Virus record (IMG/VR): IMGVR_UViG_3300037167_000012
Span: 1 to 57,215 of that record
Origin: a virus
Lineage: Duplodnaviria > Caudoviricetes
Strand: one strand, 5' to 3'
DNA: 57,215 bases
The notes under the pieces are model-generated. The model was not told the origin of the DNA, ran no database searches, and was given only the letters and a program-made list of their open reading frames with translations. This document shows, one piece after another, positions 25,667 to 37,300 of the stretch; positions within the stretch are counted from its first letter, which is position 1; each line of letters starts with the position of its first letter. The translations under genes and the position numbers were made by a program.

Positions 25667-28201
25667 ATGCCCGCTGAGGTATTTGACAGGCTCGGTAATT
25701 TCTCCAAGGGCATGGACAGCGGGGTTGACCCGCTGCTTCTGCCCAATACCCAGCTTGCGTTCGCCTCCAATGCAACGGTGCGCGGGGACTTCCTGAGACC
25801 ACGGCCCGCCTATGCGAACATCAACCTCAGCTACGCCTCCGATTCTGTCCGCAATGATTTGCAGGCCGGTCTTTTTCAGGGCGCTCGTTACTACAAGCCT
25901 GATTCCGGGGCCGAATCCATAGGCGTGCAGGTGGGCGGGTTGCAGTTTCTTTTCACGCCGGATGCGGCAGGGGGCTGCGCCGTAACTGAAATCTCCATTC
26001 CCGGAGACCCCAGCTCCGCCACTCAACCCCAGGCATGGATTAGGCAGGCGGAGAACTTCCTGATATTTAACAACGGCCTTGACCTGCCGGTGTTTTACGA
26101 CGGGTCAACCAGTCGCCGCTCAAACGGGGCGGGCCAGCAGCTTGCCGAGGTTGGCCCCGCATTCACTGCACCAACCATCGGAACCACTGTCGATATAACA
26201 GTTGCGGCTCCGGGCTACTCTGGCCCACTGAACCAGACCATCCTCATCGGCTCGGCGCATTATGTGGTGACAGCGGTAGGCGGAAACACGGCAACGTCCC
26301 AAGTGACGCTTCAATGCCTGTTTGAAACCGGCGCGTCCCATTCAGTTGGAGACAGTTTGCTCATCATGCCGGGGGTGGTGGGCGGGGTTACTTTGGGTGC
26401 CAGATTTAATGTTGATTCGTCGGGGCACAAGGCATACCCAGTTACCTCCACCTCAACCGGAGCACTTCCGCCCGGATTTCCTACAGGGCCGTATCCCTGG
26501 ACTCCTCTATTGTTTTCTTATACCATTGGGGGTGTGGCTGCCTTTACCGGAAGGTCGTATGGAAATTACGACACCTATACTGGTAAAACACTGCCCGGGA
26601 ACGATTCATTTTTCTTCTTTGTGTATCCATTCGGACAGTCGGTGATGCCATCGACTGGACTTATCTGCACCATTGCCAGCCTTGCCGGGGTGGTCAGCAA
26701 CGTGGGAACTCTGGCTGCTGGATTCGCCGCCCAACCTGTTGGAAATGAAATAAGCGTAGGCATCACCAAGCCTTACGTTGGAAGCGTCGGCGACATTGTC
26801 TGGATTGGGAGTGGACAATACCGGGTGGTTTCGTTCGGAACCGCGCAGCCTGTCTCCAGCCTGACCATCACCGTCGAGAATCTTGACGACACTCCCCACT
26901 CGGTTGCGACGAACACCCCCTTACTAACCCTGCCTGAGCTTCCCGCCGGGCGCGCGCTTACCTACGGTCTGGGTCAGGTCTGGGAATCCATGACGGACGG
27001 CATCAGCTTTCTGGCCTCGGACATCGTGGACAGCGACAGCGGCTCTCCCCAGTATAACTACCGGGATTCGGTCTTGAGAGTCACTCAGAACTCGTTTCTG
27101 AATGGCGGCGGCCTGTTCCGGGTTCCGGGGACGGTGGGCGACATAAGGGCGATGGAGTTTGTGGCGCAACTGGACGTTTCGCTTGGTCAGGGGCCGCTCC
27201 AAATATTCACCCCGACCTGCGTGTTTGGGTGTGCGATTCCGCCCGGAACGCAATGGGCCTCCGTCAGCGCCCCGTTGCTGACCCAGGCACTTCTGGGGGC
27301 CGGCGGCTGCTCCCACGAAGCCGTTGCGCTTACCAACGGAGACATCATTTTCCGCTCCGCCGACGGACAAATCCGCTCGCTGCTGATGGCCCGGCTGGAC
27401 TACAACCGATGGAGCAATACCCCCATCAGCCGGGAGATGAATCGAGTGCTGGCGCTGGAAGACCAGTCCCTGCTTGATTACGCCATCATCAAGGTGTTTG
27501 ATAACCGGGCGCTCATAGGAACCGGGCTGACCGCCTCCACTCGCGGCGTGTATTGCTCCTCGCTGGTGGCGTTGAACTTCGACCCGGTATGCTCCCTGCG
27601 CGGCGAGGAGGACTCTGTGTATGACGGCCAGTGGACTGGCCTGAATGTCCTGAAGCTGGTCAGTGGATTCTTTGGCGGGGTGGAGCGCTGCTTCGCCGTC
27701 TGCCTGAGCGCCGACCTGACCCAGATTGAGCTGCATGAAATCCTGCCATCGGACGGCCCGACCTCGGCTCACTTTGACAACGGCAACCAGCCCATCCAGG
27801 TTTCATTTGAAACTTCCGTGCTGGACTTTGACGACCGCAAGGCGGAAAAAAGAAACTATCACCGGCTGAAGTACGGGGAGATTTTCGTTGATGAGATTGT
27901 GGGGGATGTTCAGTTCCAGGCATTTTACAAGCCCGACCAGTGGACGGACTGGGTTCCGTGGCATTCATGGACTCGAAAATATATTCCCCCGGGCGACCCC
28001 GGATTCAGTCCTCGCATCGGACTGCCGGAGCCGGATGGAGCGGTCTTCGACAGGGTCAACGACCGGCCATTGCGCGAAGGGTTCTGGTTCCAGTTCAAGT
28101 TGGTGATGACCGGACAGGCCAGGTTTCTTGGCGCTCGTTTCTCAGCCGACATCATCCCGATGCCCAAGTTTGCGGTGCCGATGTTTGATAAAACAAGTTG
28201 A
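25667..28201 (+). CDS. Tail nozzle/hub protein (P22 gp10 / T7 gp12-like)
   Basis: FSKGMDSGVDPLLLP...NATVRG start, beta-rich 844 aa, C-terminal GFWFQFKL; precedes ejection genes. Confidence 0.65.
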   Translation: MPAEVFDRLGNFSKGMDSGVDPLLLPNTQLAFASNATVRGDFLRPRPAYANINLSYASDSVRNDLQAGLFQGARYYKPDSGAESIGVQVGGLQFLFTPDAAGGCAVTEISIPGDPSSATQPQAWIRQAENFLIFNNGLDLPVFYDGSTSRRSNGAGQQLAEVGPAFTAPTIGTTVDITVAAPGYSGPLNQTILIGSAHYVVTAVGGNTATSQVTLQCLFETGASHSVGDSLLIMPGVVGGVTLGARFNVDSSGHKAYPVTSTSTGALPPGFPTGPYPWTPLLFSYTIGGVAAFTGRSYGNYDTYTGKTLPGNDSFFFFVYPFGQSVMPSTGLICTIASLAGVVSNVGTLAAGFAAQPVGNEISVGITKPYVGSVGDIVWIGSGQYRVVSFGTAQPVSSLTITVENLDDTPHSVATNTPLLTLPELPAGRALTYGLGQVWESMTDGISFLASDIVDSDSGSPQYNYRDSVLRVTQNSFLNGGGLFRVPGTVGDIRAMEFVAQLDVSLGQGPLQIFTPTCVFGCAIPPGTQWASVSAPLLTQALLGAGGCSHEAVALTNGDIIFRSADGQIRSLLMARLDYNRWSNTPISREMNRVLALEDQSLLDYAIIKVFDNRALIGTGLTASTRGVYCSSLVALNFDPVCSLRGEEDSVYDGQWTGLNVLKLVSGFFGGVERCFAVCLSADLTQIELHEILPSDGPTSAHFDNGNQPIQVSFETSVLDFDDRKAEKRNYHRLKYGEIFVDEIVGDVQFQAFYKPDQWTDWVPWHSWTRKYIPPGDPGFSPRIGLPEPDGAVFDRVNDRPLREGFWFQFKLVMTGQARFLGARFSADIIPMPKFAVPMFDKTS

Positions 28202-28231
28202 AACAAACCCAGACAGGACTATTATCGCCTT

Positions 28232-29239
28232 ATGCTAACGACGTTCGGAGACATTAAGCGGAGCCGGGTGCTCCAGATTGCCTCCGCCAACCCGGACGGC
28301 CCGGAATTCGCGTCACTGGTCAACGCCGCCACCCGCCAGTTGATGACCAGGGGAAGCTGGTGGGGGACTGTTCAGGGGATTCGGGGCTGCGTCTATGACG
28401 GCTGCGTGGTATGGCCCCGCACCGTGTCCGCCGTGCTCGCCCTGAACGCCAACAATCATCCCACCATTCCCGCCAACCGCTGGTATGAATACATGCAGTG
28501 GGACGGGCAGTGCAGCGACTGGGCCGGCGCTTACTCCCGCCGCCACCGGGGGCATGCGGGCCGCCACGAAAGCGTCAACGACGGAACCCTGCCGGTGTTC
28601 AATCCAATTCCCGATGGCCAGTGCCGGCTGATTCGATTCTACATAGACAACCCCAACGACGCTGGCAAGACCATCAGAATTTACGGCAAGGACGGCAACG
28701 GCCAGATGCTGACCGGAATCCGCCCCGACAACACGGTTCAGGATGGAATCGTGCTCACGCTTCAGCTTCCCTACGTCGAGACCAATTTTCTGATTCGGAG
28801 GATTGACCGGGTGGTAAAAGACCCCACCCTGAGCCGGGTTCGCGGATACCAGGTGGACACCGATGGGATTCTCTACGACATGTGCGTCTATGAGGCCGGC
28901 GAGACATCGCCAGATTATTTCCGCACCCGAGTTCACGCCCGGACTGGGCGCGGCTGTTGTCCGACCATGATAAATGCTCTGGTTAAGCTGGCGTTTGTCC
29001 CGGTCAGGTTTGACGACGACCTGGTGCTCATCGAGAATATGGACGCCCTCCGGGACATGGTAATGAGCATTAAGGAGAAGGAGGCGGGCCACATCACCGA
29101 GTCCAGGGCCGCAGAACAATCCGCCTTTCGGGAGCTAAACTACGAGCTGCGGAATCGGGTTCCCGACGAGCAGGTCATTGTCAGCTTCCGGCCATTTGGA
29201 AATGATTCCCTGGCCGGGCAAGGAACAGGAATGATATGA
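28232..29239 (+). CDS. Head-tail adaptor-like protein
   Basis: TTFGDIK...LVNAATRQLMTRGSWWG helical start and helical end; positional. Confidence 0.55.
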   Translation: MLTTFGDIKRSRVLQIASANPDGPEFASLVNAATRQLMTRGSWWGTVQGIRGCVYDGCVVWPRTVSAVLALNANNHPTIPANRWYEYMQWDGQCSDWAGAYSRRHRGHAGRHESVNDGTLPVFNPIPDGQCRLIRFYIDNPNDAGKTIRIYGKDGNGQMLTGIRPDNTVQDGIVLTLQLPYVETNFLIRRIDRVVKDPTLSRVRGYQVDTDGILYDMCVYEAGETSPDYFRTRVHARTGRGCCPTMINALVKLAFVPVRFDDDLVLIENMDALRDMVMSIKEKEAGHITESRAAEQSAFRELNYELRNRVPDEQVIVSFRPFGNDSLAGQGTGMI

Positions 29240-29946
29240 AAACGCCCGCGAAGCACAGGCTGGTGTGTCAGCGGTATTATGAAACCCACAGGGATTTCTA
29301 CAAGCAATACGCCCATGAGCACAGGGCGAACAGGAAGAAGTATTGTCGCACGCCACCCACGCCGGAAAAGCAGAAGGAATACAGTTTCCAGTACCGATTT
29401 CATCACGATGCCGAACTTAGGAAGAAGAAGGCCGAATACTACCAGCGAAACAAGGAGCGCCTGAAGGAAAAGAGCCGCTTGAGACACCAGCAAAAGCGGG
29501 ACTCGATTCTCCCAAAGATGAGGGAATATGGAAGGACTCACAAATCACAGTCGAGGGAGTATTCTCGAAGGCGCTACCATCAAGATATTGAAAAGTCGAG
29601 AGCTAAGGGCCGGGAGTATGCTAGGGCGTATTACCACAGGAACTCAGAAAAGATAAAGGCGGCGGCAAGGGTGAGTGGCGCTCTGCGCCGTCGCTGCAAA
29701 ATCCTGACCAGCAAACTAGAATTGGCCAAGATTAAGAACATGATTTTGGAGGCCAAGCAGTCCCTTTCAACAAAGTGCGCCTACTGCGGACTTCCGCTCC
29801 ACGGAAAAGAATTTCACGCCGACCACATCCAGCCGCTCTCTCGAATGGGGAGACATGAATTAAGCAATATGGCTATTGCCTGCCCAAGGTGTAATATATC
29901 CAAGGGTGACAAGCCGCTTGATGAGTGGCTGGCAACCAGAAACTAA
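29236..29946 (+). CDS. HNH homing endonuclease
   Basis: CAYCG...HADHIQPLSRMGRHELSNMAIACPRCNISKGDK; Arg/Tyr-rich helical N-terminus. Confidence 0.92.
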   Translation: MKTPAKHRLVCQRYYETHRDFYKQYAHEHRANRKKYCRTPPTPEKQKEYSFQYRFHHDAELRKKKAEYYQRNKERLKEKSRLRHQQKRDSILPKMREYGRTHKSQSREYSRRRYHQDIEKSRAKGREYARAYYHRNSEKIKAAARVSGALRRRCKILTSKLELAKIKNMILEAKQSLSTKCAYCGLPLHGKEFHADHIQPLSRMGRHELSNMAIACPRCNISKGDKPLDEWLATRN

Positions 29947-29950
29947 TTAT

Positions 29951-30538
29951 ATGTCGTTTTTTTCAAGCGTGTTTGGTTCCAAGCCGGACTATTCAAAGGT
30001 CAAAGACCCGTACCAGCAGGTGCAGGAGATTGACCCCTCGCTGCCCAATCTGACCGGCAAGGTGTCCAGCAACATCAGCAGCTATCTGTCCGGCCAGTTG
30101 CCAACCGATGTGCTGGATGAGATACGAAACTCCGGTGCCGCGTGGGGCGTCAAGAGCGGGATGCCGGGCAGCGGTGCGGCCAACAATGTCACGCTGGAAA
30201 GTCTGGGACTCAACTCGCTCGATTTAATGGAAAAGGGACAGGGGGACTACATGAACTTCCTGACCGGAGTGGGCAGCACGACGATGCCGGTGCAGGAGCA
30301 GATGACGGCTGCCAATGCCGCCGCAGCGCCCAACCCAGCCGCAGCGGGCTTGTTTGACTTGGGGGTGGGAACCATCGGGAGCATTCTGGGGATGGTGGGT
30401 GGCGGCGGTGCGGCGGGGGGCATGGGCGGCAGTGGTGGGATGGCCTACGCCCCAACTGCCGGAACTGATTTTGGAGACCCTTATGGATATGGAACCGGAG
30501 GGCCGCTTGAGGGCGGCGCTTGGGACATGAGCATGTGA
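29951..30538 (+). CDS. Internal virion/DNA ejection protein (small)
   Basis: MSFFSSVFG start, Gly/Ala-rich C-terminus; position. Confidence 0.6.
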   Translation: MSFFSSVFGSKPDYSKVKDPYQQVQEIDPSLPNLTGKVSSNISSYLSGQLPTDVLDEIRNSGAAWGVKSGMPGSGAANNVTLESLGLNSLDLMEKGQGDYMNFLTGVGSTTMPVQEQMTAANAAAAPNPAAAGLFDLGVGTIGSILGMVGGGGAAGGMGGSGGMAYAPTAGTDFGDPYGYGTGGPLEGGAWDMSM

Positions 30539-30542
30539 TTTT

Positions 30543-31385
30543 ATGGCTGATTTACCTTCATGGCTTGAGACCAGACCAACGGATGCCCGCGATTCGTTGA
30601 TGTCGGGCTTGCAGATTGGACTTGAGTTCAAGCAGAACCGTCAGCGCAATGAGCTGGCCAAGGCCGAGCTGGGCCAGCAGGCTCAGGAAATTCAGCAGAG
30701 GGGACAGCGGCTTCAGATTGAAGACCAGGTTTTGCAGCAGGGGATGAAGTTGAAGATTCAGGACGCCCAGCGCAAGTTTCAGGCCCAGCAGGGGTATCAG
30801 TCCTTCGTCAGTGGTGGCGGCGACCCGGTGGAGGGCATGATGAAGTTCGGCCCGCAGATGGGCAAGTCGCTGACTGGGCTGGGGGGGATTGCCAATGCCC
30901 GCCGTCAGGCCGCTGACATTCCCAAGGAGATTGCCGTCACGCCAGAAGGCACTCGAATCTGGCAGTCTCAGGGCCATCTCTATGGCTTCGACAAGCCAAC
31001 AGCAGCCTCGTTACCGGGTCACATGACCGACGAACAGAAGGAGGCTCAAAAGAGGGCTGACGCCGAGCGCGAGTTCAAGCTCAAGAATCTTCAGGCTGAT
31101 AAGGCAAGGATTGACAAGGCTGAGGCCGCGCTGCCAACCGAGATGCTGCCTGACGAACTGAGAAGCGCAAAGGCAAAGACCCTCAGGATTCAAAGGGAGC
31201 GCAACGACGCTGCATTCAAGGCTCTGAAATACAACCCGGCTGGTGAAAACCCGGTTGATGAAACTAATAAAAATGCCGACGCAGTCGCCCCGGAAGATGC
31301 GGGGCCTCCGGCGGCAGGAGCTGGAGGTGATGTTGTAGCCACCTACGACCCCAAGACTGGCACTTTCAAGAAGTCAACTAAATGA
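30543..31385 (+). CDS. Internal virion/DNA ejection protein (medium)
   Basis: Gln-rich coiled N-terminus; position between small and giant ejection genes. Confidence 0.6.
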   Translation: MADLPSWLETRPTDARDSLMSGLQIGLEFKQNRQRNELAKAELGQQAQEIQQRGQRLQIEDQVLQQGMKLKIQDAQRKFQAQQGYQSFVSGGGDPVEGMMKFGPQMGKSLTGLGGIANARRQAADIPKEIAVTPEGTRIWQSQGHLYGFDKPTAASLPGHMTDEQKEAQKRADAEREFKLKNLQADKARIDKAEAALPTEMLPDELRSAKAKTLRIQRERNDAAFKALKYNPAGENPVDETNKNADAVAPEDAGPPAAGAGGDVVATYDPKTGTFKKSTK

Positions 31386-31389
31386 CGCA

Positions 31390-34300
31390 ATGCCTACCAA
31401 GATTCAAGTTGAAGGCGTGGGTCTCGTTGAATTCCCTGACGGGATGGCAGACGAGCAGATTAAGGCCGCGCTCGACAAGGAATATGGCCAGCCCCAAGCA
31501 GCCCCGTTTCGAGGAGCATTGTCCTCGCTTGAGCAGGGCGCAGGGCTGATTCCCAAGGCGGCGGCAGCCGTTCAGGAATACCTCACACCGAAGGTTCAGC
31601 GCACCAATGTCCCCCTCTGGAATGGTGAGCAGGGAGACCGAAGCGGCCCGATGTCCATACAGTCTGGAGGTCAGACCCACACCGCCTCCCCACCGGCGGC
31701 CATTCCGAACGCTTTCGAGGTTGTCCCCAGAACTCCGCTTGAGGTGGTTGCCGCCACCAAGACCAACCCACTTTACAAGATTGGTCAAACTGCCGCCGAG
31801 TCAGTGCCAATGACTCCGTTGCAGGAAAAGAGCAACTGGACAAAGGCCGGCGAGATGGCTGGCTCCGGCGCGAAGATGGCTCTGGGGCCGCTGGCCATCC
31901 CCGCCTATGCCGCTGAGCCGCTGGGCGAAATCCCCGATGAATACACCAACATCAAGCAGTCCAATCCACAAATGCCCGACGATGAGGCCGCCGACCAAGC
32001 CCTGAGCCGCTCAGTGGATAAGGGGCTGCTTACGGCCTTGGTGTTCTATGCCATCCCCGCAGCGATGCGAAAGCCGCTTGGAAAATATCTGGCCGCCAAG
32101 ATGGGAACCACTGGGTTCAAGGCATGGGTGGGTGGACGAATCGGGGCCGCAACCGAGGGCGGCGTTCTTGGCGCGGCATTGGATTTGAGCCAGAAGTCCG
32201 TTGAAGGACAGAAACCAGACTCCCAGACCGCAAAGTCAGCAGCCGGGCTTGCAATGGCCAACGTGCTGTTCCCTTGGCGGGAAGGATTCAAGAAAGGAGC
32301 ACAAAATGCCAGCGGTAAGCCAGGCGCAGCGGGCGCTGCTCAACCAGAAGTTCGGCCACAAGTGGGTGAAAAAACACCACTTCGACAACCGGGGGAAACT
32401 GCCGGAGCACAAACGCCAGCAGCACCAGTGGAAGGAAAAGCGGAAGTTCCTCTGAGGGCCAAGAACTACGACGTTCAGTTCGACGACGGGATGAACCGCT
32501 GGGTGGTGGTCAATCCGGCTGGTGGAATTGAGAGCGACCATCCCACTCAGAGCATCGCCGTCAATGAGGCCAACAAGCTGCATGACCGGGATGAGGCCGC
32601 CGCAAAGCCGAAGGACATTCTGCTCACAAGAGAGGAAGCTGAACCCGGTGGACACGACAAGATTCAGGCCATTGCAGACAAATACCACCTGAGCTGGGAT
32701 GACGCCGTTAAGCTGGTCTCAAAGGAGCGGGACAGGTATGGGATGGTCAAAAACCTCGCCCCCGAATCCGCTGCCGAGCCAGCCAAGTCCGATTTGGAGG
32801 ATGAATACCAGTCCATCATCAACGAAGCAGCCGCCAAGATGGATGTCCCAGTTAGGTCGGTGGACGAAACAGACCCCAACCAGCCATTTTCTTCCAAAAA
32901 GGCGATAGGAATTGCGACAATAGACCGTAAAACCGGAACCATTTTGGTCAACCAAAAGAGAATGGCGAGGTTCCTTGGTGCCATGAGTCCAGACAGGCGG
33001 GCGCAGGCCATTCGTTCCATCTTGGGACATGAGCGCATCCACCTGGCCGCCACCGACGAAGACGCGATTACCTATCTCAAATCCCTGAGTGGACTTGAGG
33101 TGCGGATTGGTAAATCAATTTACAGCATGGGGAGCACCCTCAATGAGATGTCAGACACGCTTTGGGGCCATGAGCTGCTTCGTCAGCGCATCGAGAAGTT
33201 ATCCGGTTGGCGCACGGAGGAAGTTATCAACGCCGTCGGCAAGCAACGATGGAAGCTGGAATCCCTAAACGCCTTGGAGTCTGTTGTCAGGAACATTAGA
33301 ACCCGGCTTGGCACCAACATCAGCCCGGAAATCCGGGCCATTCTCGACCGGGTTCAAAGCAACATCACACTCGGAAAGGCTGTGGCATCCGGTGTCAGTC
33401 CAATGGCCCAGCCGGGCGAAGACGAAACCGGGGAGCAGAAGTTGAACAAACGCCAGAAAAAGAACCGCAAGGCCGACGCTCTGGTAAATATGAATACCAG
33501 AGAATCCATTTCGGCCCGTGCCAAGATTGATGAGCATGAGGCCCTTTTTGGTAAAATGATAGGAGACTCAGGAAAGGCCGCCGACACTTACGGAACCAAG
33601 ATTGGCACTCGGCAGGATTTTCTGACCCGGTTTTACAAAGATGCCGGGAATCGAGCTTTTAACGAAATCGGCGAAGACAAGGACACTGAAGAATGGTTCG
33701 TCAATAAATTCTCCAAAGACCACGGCGTTGGCGAGGGGGAAGCAAGGGAGTGGTTGAGCAAATACCGTGAACTCAGGGATAATTACCACAGGGCGGTATT
33801 AAGGGAATGGGTCAAGAGTTTGGATGAGACGCTGGAATTCCAGAAAAAGAAGCTTCAGGACGAACCAGATGATGCTCACCTCCAGAATTTCATTCGAGAA
33901 AATCAGGAGATGAGGGACAGGTTCAGCAGGGAGCTTGATTCCGGCTCTGACCAGCAATCATTTCCCGCCCGGCCCGAACGCTCAAAGAAGGAAGACCCCA
34001 ACCAGGGGGTGTTTGACACCATCAGAAGCGCGGCCAAATTCAGCCAGATGCGCCTTGCTGCCGCCGGAGACCAGGAGGTAATGGCCGGGGCCGAGAAACA
34101 GAAGTTCAAGGATGCGATGGGCAGCCTTGCTCCGAAGGAACCCGGCCCCACTCCTCGCGCGCCCAACCCCAAGGCCGAGAAGATGGCTGATGACGTTGGT
34201 GGTCTCAAATATATCGGAGAGTGGAACGTCAAGGGAAAGCCCTATTGGATGTTCAACATCACACAGGAGGGCCGTGAGACCACGATGGTCGTTCCTGATA

Positions 34301-37300
34301 CGGCCACGGTTGATGATTTAGCCAAGAAGAAGGCTGACAAAATCAAGGAGTATGATGAGGCGGCTGGCCAAGAACAATTTCCGATGTCCGCAGAGCGTGG
34401 CCGCCCTTCAAATCGCAAGGAGTCCGTCAATCAGGACAAGATGGATTTTGCCGGAGCCTCAGTCAACACGGTCGAGGAAGCCCAGAAGCCGGTTCCTGAA
34501 GGCGAGCGCCTATCCGCTGAGAAGGCTGGCGCATTGCCGCCGCTGTCCGCTGCTGATTTGGAGAACCGGGCTGACAAGTGGATGAAGGAGCAGGTCGCGG
34601 CCACAATGGACAAGGCGGTGAAAGCTCCCACGGCTGGCGGTTCAGTCGCGCTGCCTACGTTCAAGGAATTTGTGGAGTCCATGAAGAAGCAGCAGGGAGG
34701 CGTCCAGCCCGGCCAGCTCAAGGAGATGTGGCAGGGAGCGGTTGACCGGACTCTGAGCGCCGCTTCTGACGACCAGCTTCGAGCCATGATTCAGGCGGGC
34801 TTTGGTCGGGAATCCAAGCTGGCCAGGTTTTCAAGGGCGGCCCTGTCCTACACCAAGGACACCCCGCCACTGGAGCTGGAGGGTGAAATCGGGGTCAAGA
34901 CCAGCCGGGAGGAATCTGCGGAAGCGGCTGCTGGAAGGCTCAAGCGCGCCAAGGACGCTGAGCGACCGGCCATGTTCGAGCGGAAGGCTTCAGAGCGGCA
35001 GGAGGCGAAGGAGGAGAGGAATGCGCCGCGCCGCCGCCGGATGATTGTTTCCGCCCTGTTCAAGCGAATGGTGCTGCCCGCCTACCGTGAGGATGCGCTG
35101 CCTCAAGACCGCAAAACTGTCACGCCCTCAGAAATCCGCTACGGTGGCGGCAAGGAGATTTCCGCTTATCAGTCCTTTGATGCCACCAGCCAGAACGACC
35201 CGGAGCTGGGCAAGATGCTGGTGGATGACGCCCGCCGTTCCGGTGAAGACCCGGTGACGACCACCAAGCGCCTGACGGTCATCATGGACAAGAAATCCGG
35301 CAAGGTGGCGATGGTGAGCACCTACAACCATCCAACCAAGGGCACGATGCTGGTTGACCCAGTGCATCCACAGGGCCACCACGCGCCGCTGGACGACGTT
35401 CTGAAGCGTTACCGGGTGCTCTATTCCGTGCTGCTCGACCAGCCGGTGAAGGGATTCAAGCGCACGTTCGATTCCGTGGCCGATTACAACGATAGATTCG
35501 GCAAGGAGGCACAGGGGAATTACAGCCGGGAGACCAGCTACGACCCGCGCAATGTTCCGATTTCCGAGTTCACTGAGGGGGTTGAGGGCACTGAAGGGCT
35601 TGAGGGTGAGGGTGGTGATGTGATGGGGCCGGGAAAGAAAGCGGCGATGGCCGTGACCGGAGTGGGCGAGGGCGCATCAGAAAGGGGAAGTCACACCCCT
35701 ATTACTGATGTTGAGGCGAGCGCAGTCAACAATCATGTTGTCGATACGTTGGGAGAGGAGCCTGCCAATCCAGACGAGGTTGTTGATGTTATATTCGACA
35801 TCCAAGACAGGATTGGAAATTACCAGAAGGCCGCAGAGCAGTATTCAAAGCTGTCCGAGGAGCTGGATAAAATCAAAGAGAATCCAGAGGAGGGTTGGTC
35901 TGAAAAGGAAAAGAAGGACGCCAAACGGATTGGTTCGCAATTATCCAAACTGCGCATCCAAATGGATGGTGCCAAGGTAAATCCCTCCGCCATATCTGGC
36001 ATATCCAAGATTGCCCAACTTTTGCAGCGCGAGAACCCCGACCTGACGACCGAGGAGCTGGTCAACAAGCTGGCCCAGACAATTTATGAAGACAAAAACC
36101 TTGAGGCGACTGTCGCCCGTACAGAGAAAAGCGCGGCTGCCAAGGCTGGCGAGACTGCTCGGCCTGAAGTTCAAGCCAAGCCTTCCGAAACCGGGCGCGA
36201 CCTGAACATGCTCAACCGGCGTCCGCCAACAGATGTCCGGCCTGAGAATGTTCCTCCGGGCACGATGCCGGAGTTCACGCACAATCCGCCGGTTCCTGAA
36301 GCGACCACCACGCCGCGCAACCCGGATTACCTGTCCCCGGAAGATGCCGAGTGGGTCAACGCATTGTCTCTAATGCCGGAGTTCCATGCCGACGCCAAGG
36401 ACGCCGTTCGTCAGGCTGCGGCATACAAGCCGACCGAGTTCGTCCCGACCGTCGAATATCCCGAGCCAGCCAAGGAGGGGGAGCGCACGCTGACTGACCG
36501 ACCAAAGCAGCCGCAGCTCAAGGAGCAGTCGCCCATGTCGGCGGAAAGGCTCAGTAACGAGCTGGATAAAAAGAGGCGTCAAATCAACGCCGTTTGGTTG
36601 CGCCGGTCTTCCAAAATGGAAATAACAGCCGCCGCTGATGGTGCCGATAATCTGGCCCCCGTAGCCGGAGAGCACGCCAGGAGAACATTGAGACTGGTGA
36701 ACAAGGATGAGATGGTTCGCAGCACGCCGATTGCGTTGCTGGCCTGCGGCAAGGTTGGCGAGAATCCCAACACCGGGAAGAAGTTCTTTTTCTACGACCA
36801 GAAGGCTCTGGACTCCAAAATCACACAGGCCAAGCTTGGAGCAATCAAGGCCCAAGGAGTCATGGACGACCCCAAGACCTCCTTCAAGGAGTGGCGTCTT
36901 GCCAAGCAAATGAAGGCGGCGGCGGAGCGTCTTGAGTTAATCGCCCAATACACCAAAGACCATTTCAAAGACCAGGATGTGAAGGACATGGCAATGGCCT
37001 GCCGAAGGGAGCTTTATGACCAGTTGGTCAGGGAGCATGAGCACGGCGTCAGCACCACCGACTTTGGTGAGACCTATTTCCCCACCCGCTACGAAGGTGA
37101 GATGTTCAATCTGGACACCATCCGGTTCGGTTCGGACGAAACCATCGGAAATCGGTTCACGGCAAGGAAGGTGTTCCGTGACCACTACGAGGCCATCATG
37201 CACGGCCCGTTCATCCCCAAGAGCTACGACGCCGCTGACATCATCAGTCATCGTGTCCGTCAGGGAGCCAGGGCCATTGGAAGGCGTATGTGGGTTGAGG

